Source of the DNA: Callorhinchus milii
Taxonomy: Eukaryota
DNA length: 64,000 nt
Assembly: GCF_018977255.1 (NCBI RefSeq)
Contig: NW_024704742.1
Location: 36,334,001 to 36,398,000 of the forward strand
Direction: 5' to 3'
Position numbers and translations under genes: made by a program. Under the pieces are notes generated by a model. The model saw only the letters and a program-made list of their open reading frames with translations, was not told the DNA's origin and did no database searches. Shown in pieces: positions 63,456 to 64,000 of this stretch (positions are counted from its first letter, which is position 1; every line of letters begins with the position of its first letter).

Positions 63456-63699
63456 AACATAAGAAACTCCATCCAGTACCAAGATGAAAACTTATTCAAT
63501 CATGTTTCTGTTATTGTCATTGGGGAACCAGAGTTGGAATACATCATTTGGATGAAATGTTAAACTGAGATCCGTCTGCTTGTTCACGTGGACTTCAAAC
63601 ATCAAGGACATTATGTTGAGGAGCAGGACATTATCCTTGGAACCTGGATAACATTATATTTCAAGGACATCTTAAAACTCTTTGCAGGATTTACTACAT

Positions 63700-64000
63700 A
63701 TTGCCATATTTCTACTGGTCAGTGAGACAATGAGTAGAGGGCATCAATTTAAGACAGGTAGAAAAGGGAGCAAAGGGGAGATTACGACGATTTCTTTTAC
63801 ACTGAGAGTTGTTAGTATATGGAATGCCCTGTTGGGTGCAGTGGTCAAAGAAGGATCCACATTAGCTTTTAAGCAGGAACTAGATTGATATCTAGAAAGG
63901 ATTAATCTCAAGAGGTATGAGGGAAAAACAGGAAAATGAGATTGAATAGATGCTGTCTCAAAGAACAAGCACAGACACAATGGGCCGAATTATCTTCTGT
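63700..64000 (+). mobile_element. CR1-type LINE 3' end
   Basis: RGHQFK...FTLRVVSIWNAL...FKQELD followed by the ATGGGCCGAA 3' motif. Confidence 0.8.

Overview
This is vertebrate genomic DNA. The repeat content (Deu-domain SINEs, a tRNA-Ala-like SINE, L2 and CR1 LINEs, a Neptune-type Penelope element) suggests a cartilaginous fish, possibly a chimaera; that assignment is an inference. Two convergent protein-coding genes were reconstructed by hand from splice sites and reading frames. CDS1 (CDP-diacylglycerol synthase 1, + strand) has 12 coding exons from 21367 to the stop at 40028; exon 1 was not found and probably lies upstream, so 1-21366 is probably intron 1. WDFY3/ALFY (- strand) contributes its last 11 coding exons from 63128 to the stop at 50544 (end of BEACH, WD40 repeats, LIR motif, FYVE domain). 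All junctions are GT-AG and phase-consistent. Most ORFs in the supplied track are TE remnants or chance ORFs. I found no convincing new multi-gene system. The most interesting signals are in the non-coding DNA: Penelope-borne minimal hammerhead ribozymes (one intact core, one decayed at CpG sites); two near-identical inverted L2 copies sharing the same RT frameshift; a co-varying SINE/LINE 3' stem-loop with one chimeric copy; a CpG-rich pogo-like MITE containing a perfect 19-bp hairpin; a fold-back L2-tail hairpin in a WDFY3 intron; and a variant WDFY3 LIR followed by a Q/H-rich expansion. Repeat boundaries are approximate, read by eye.
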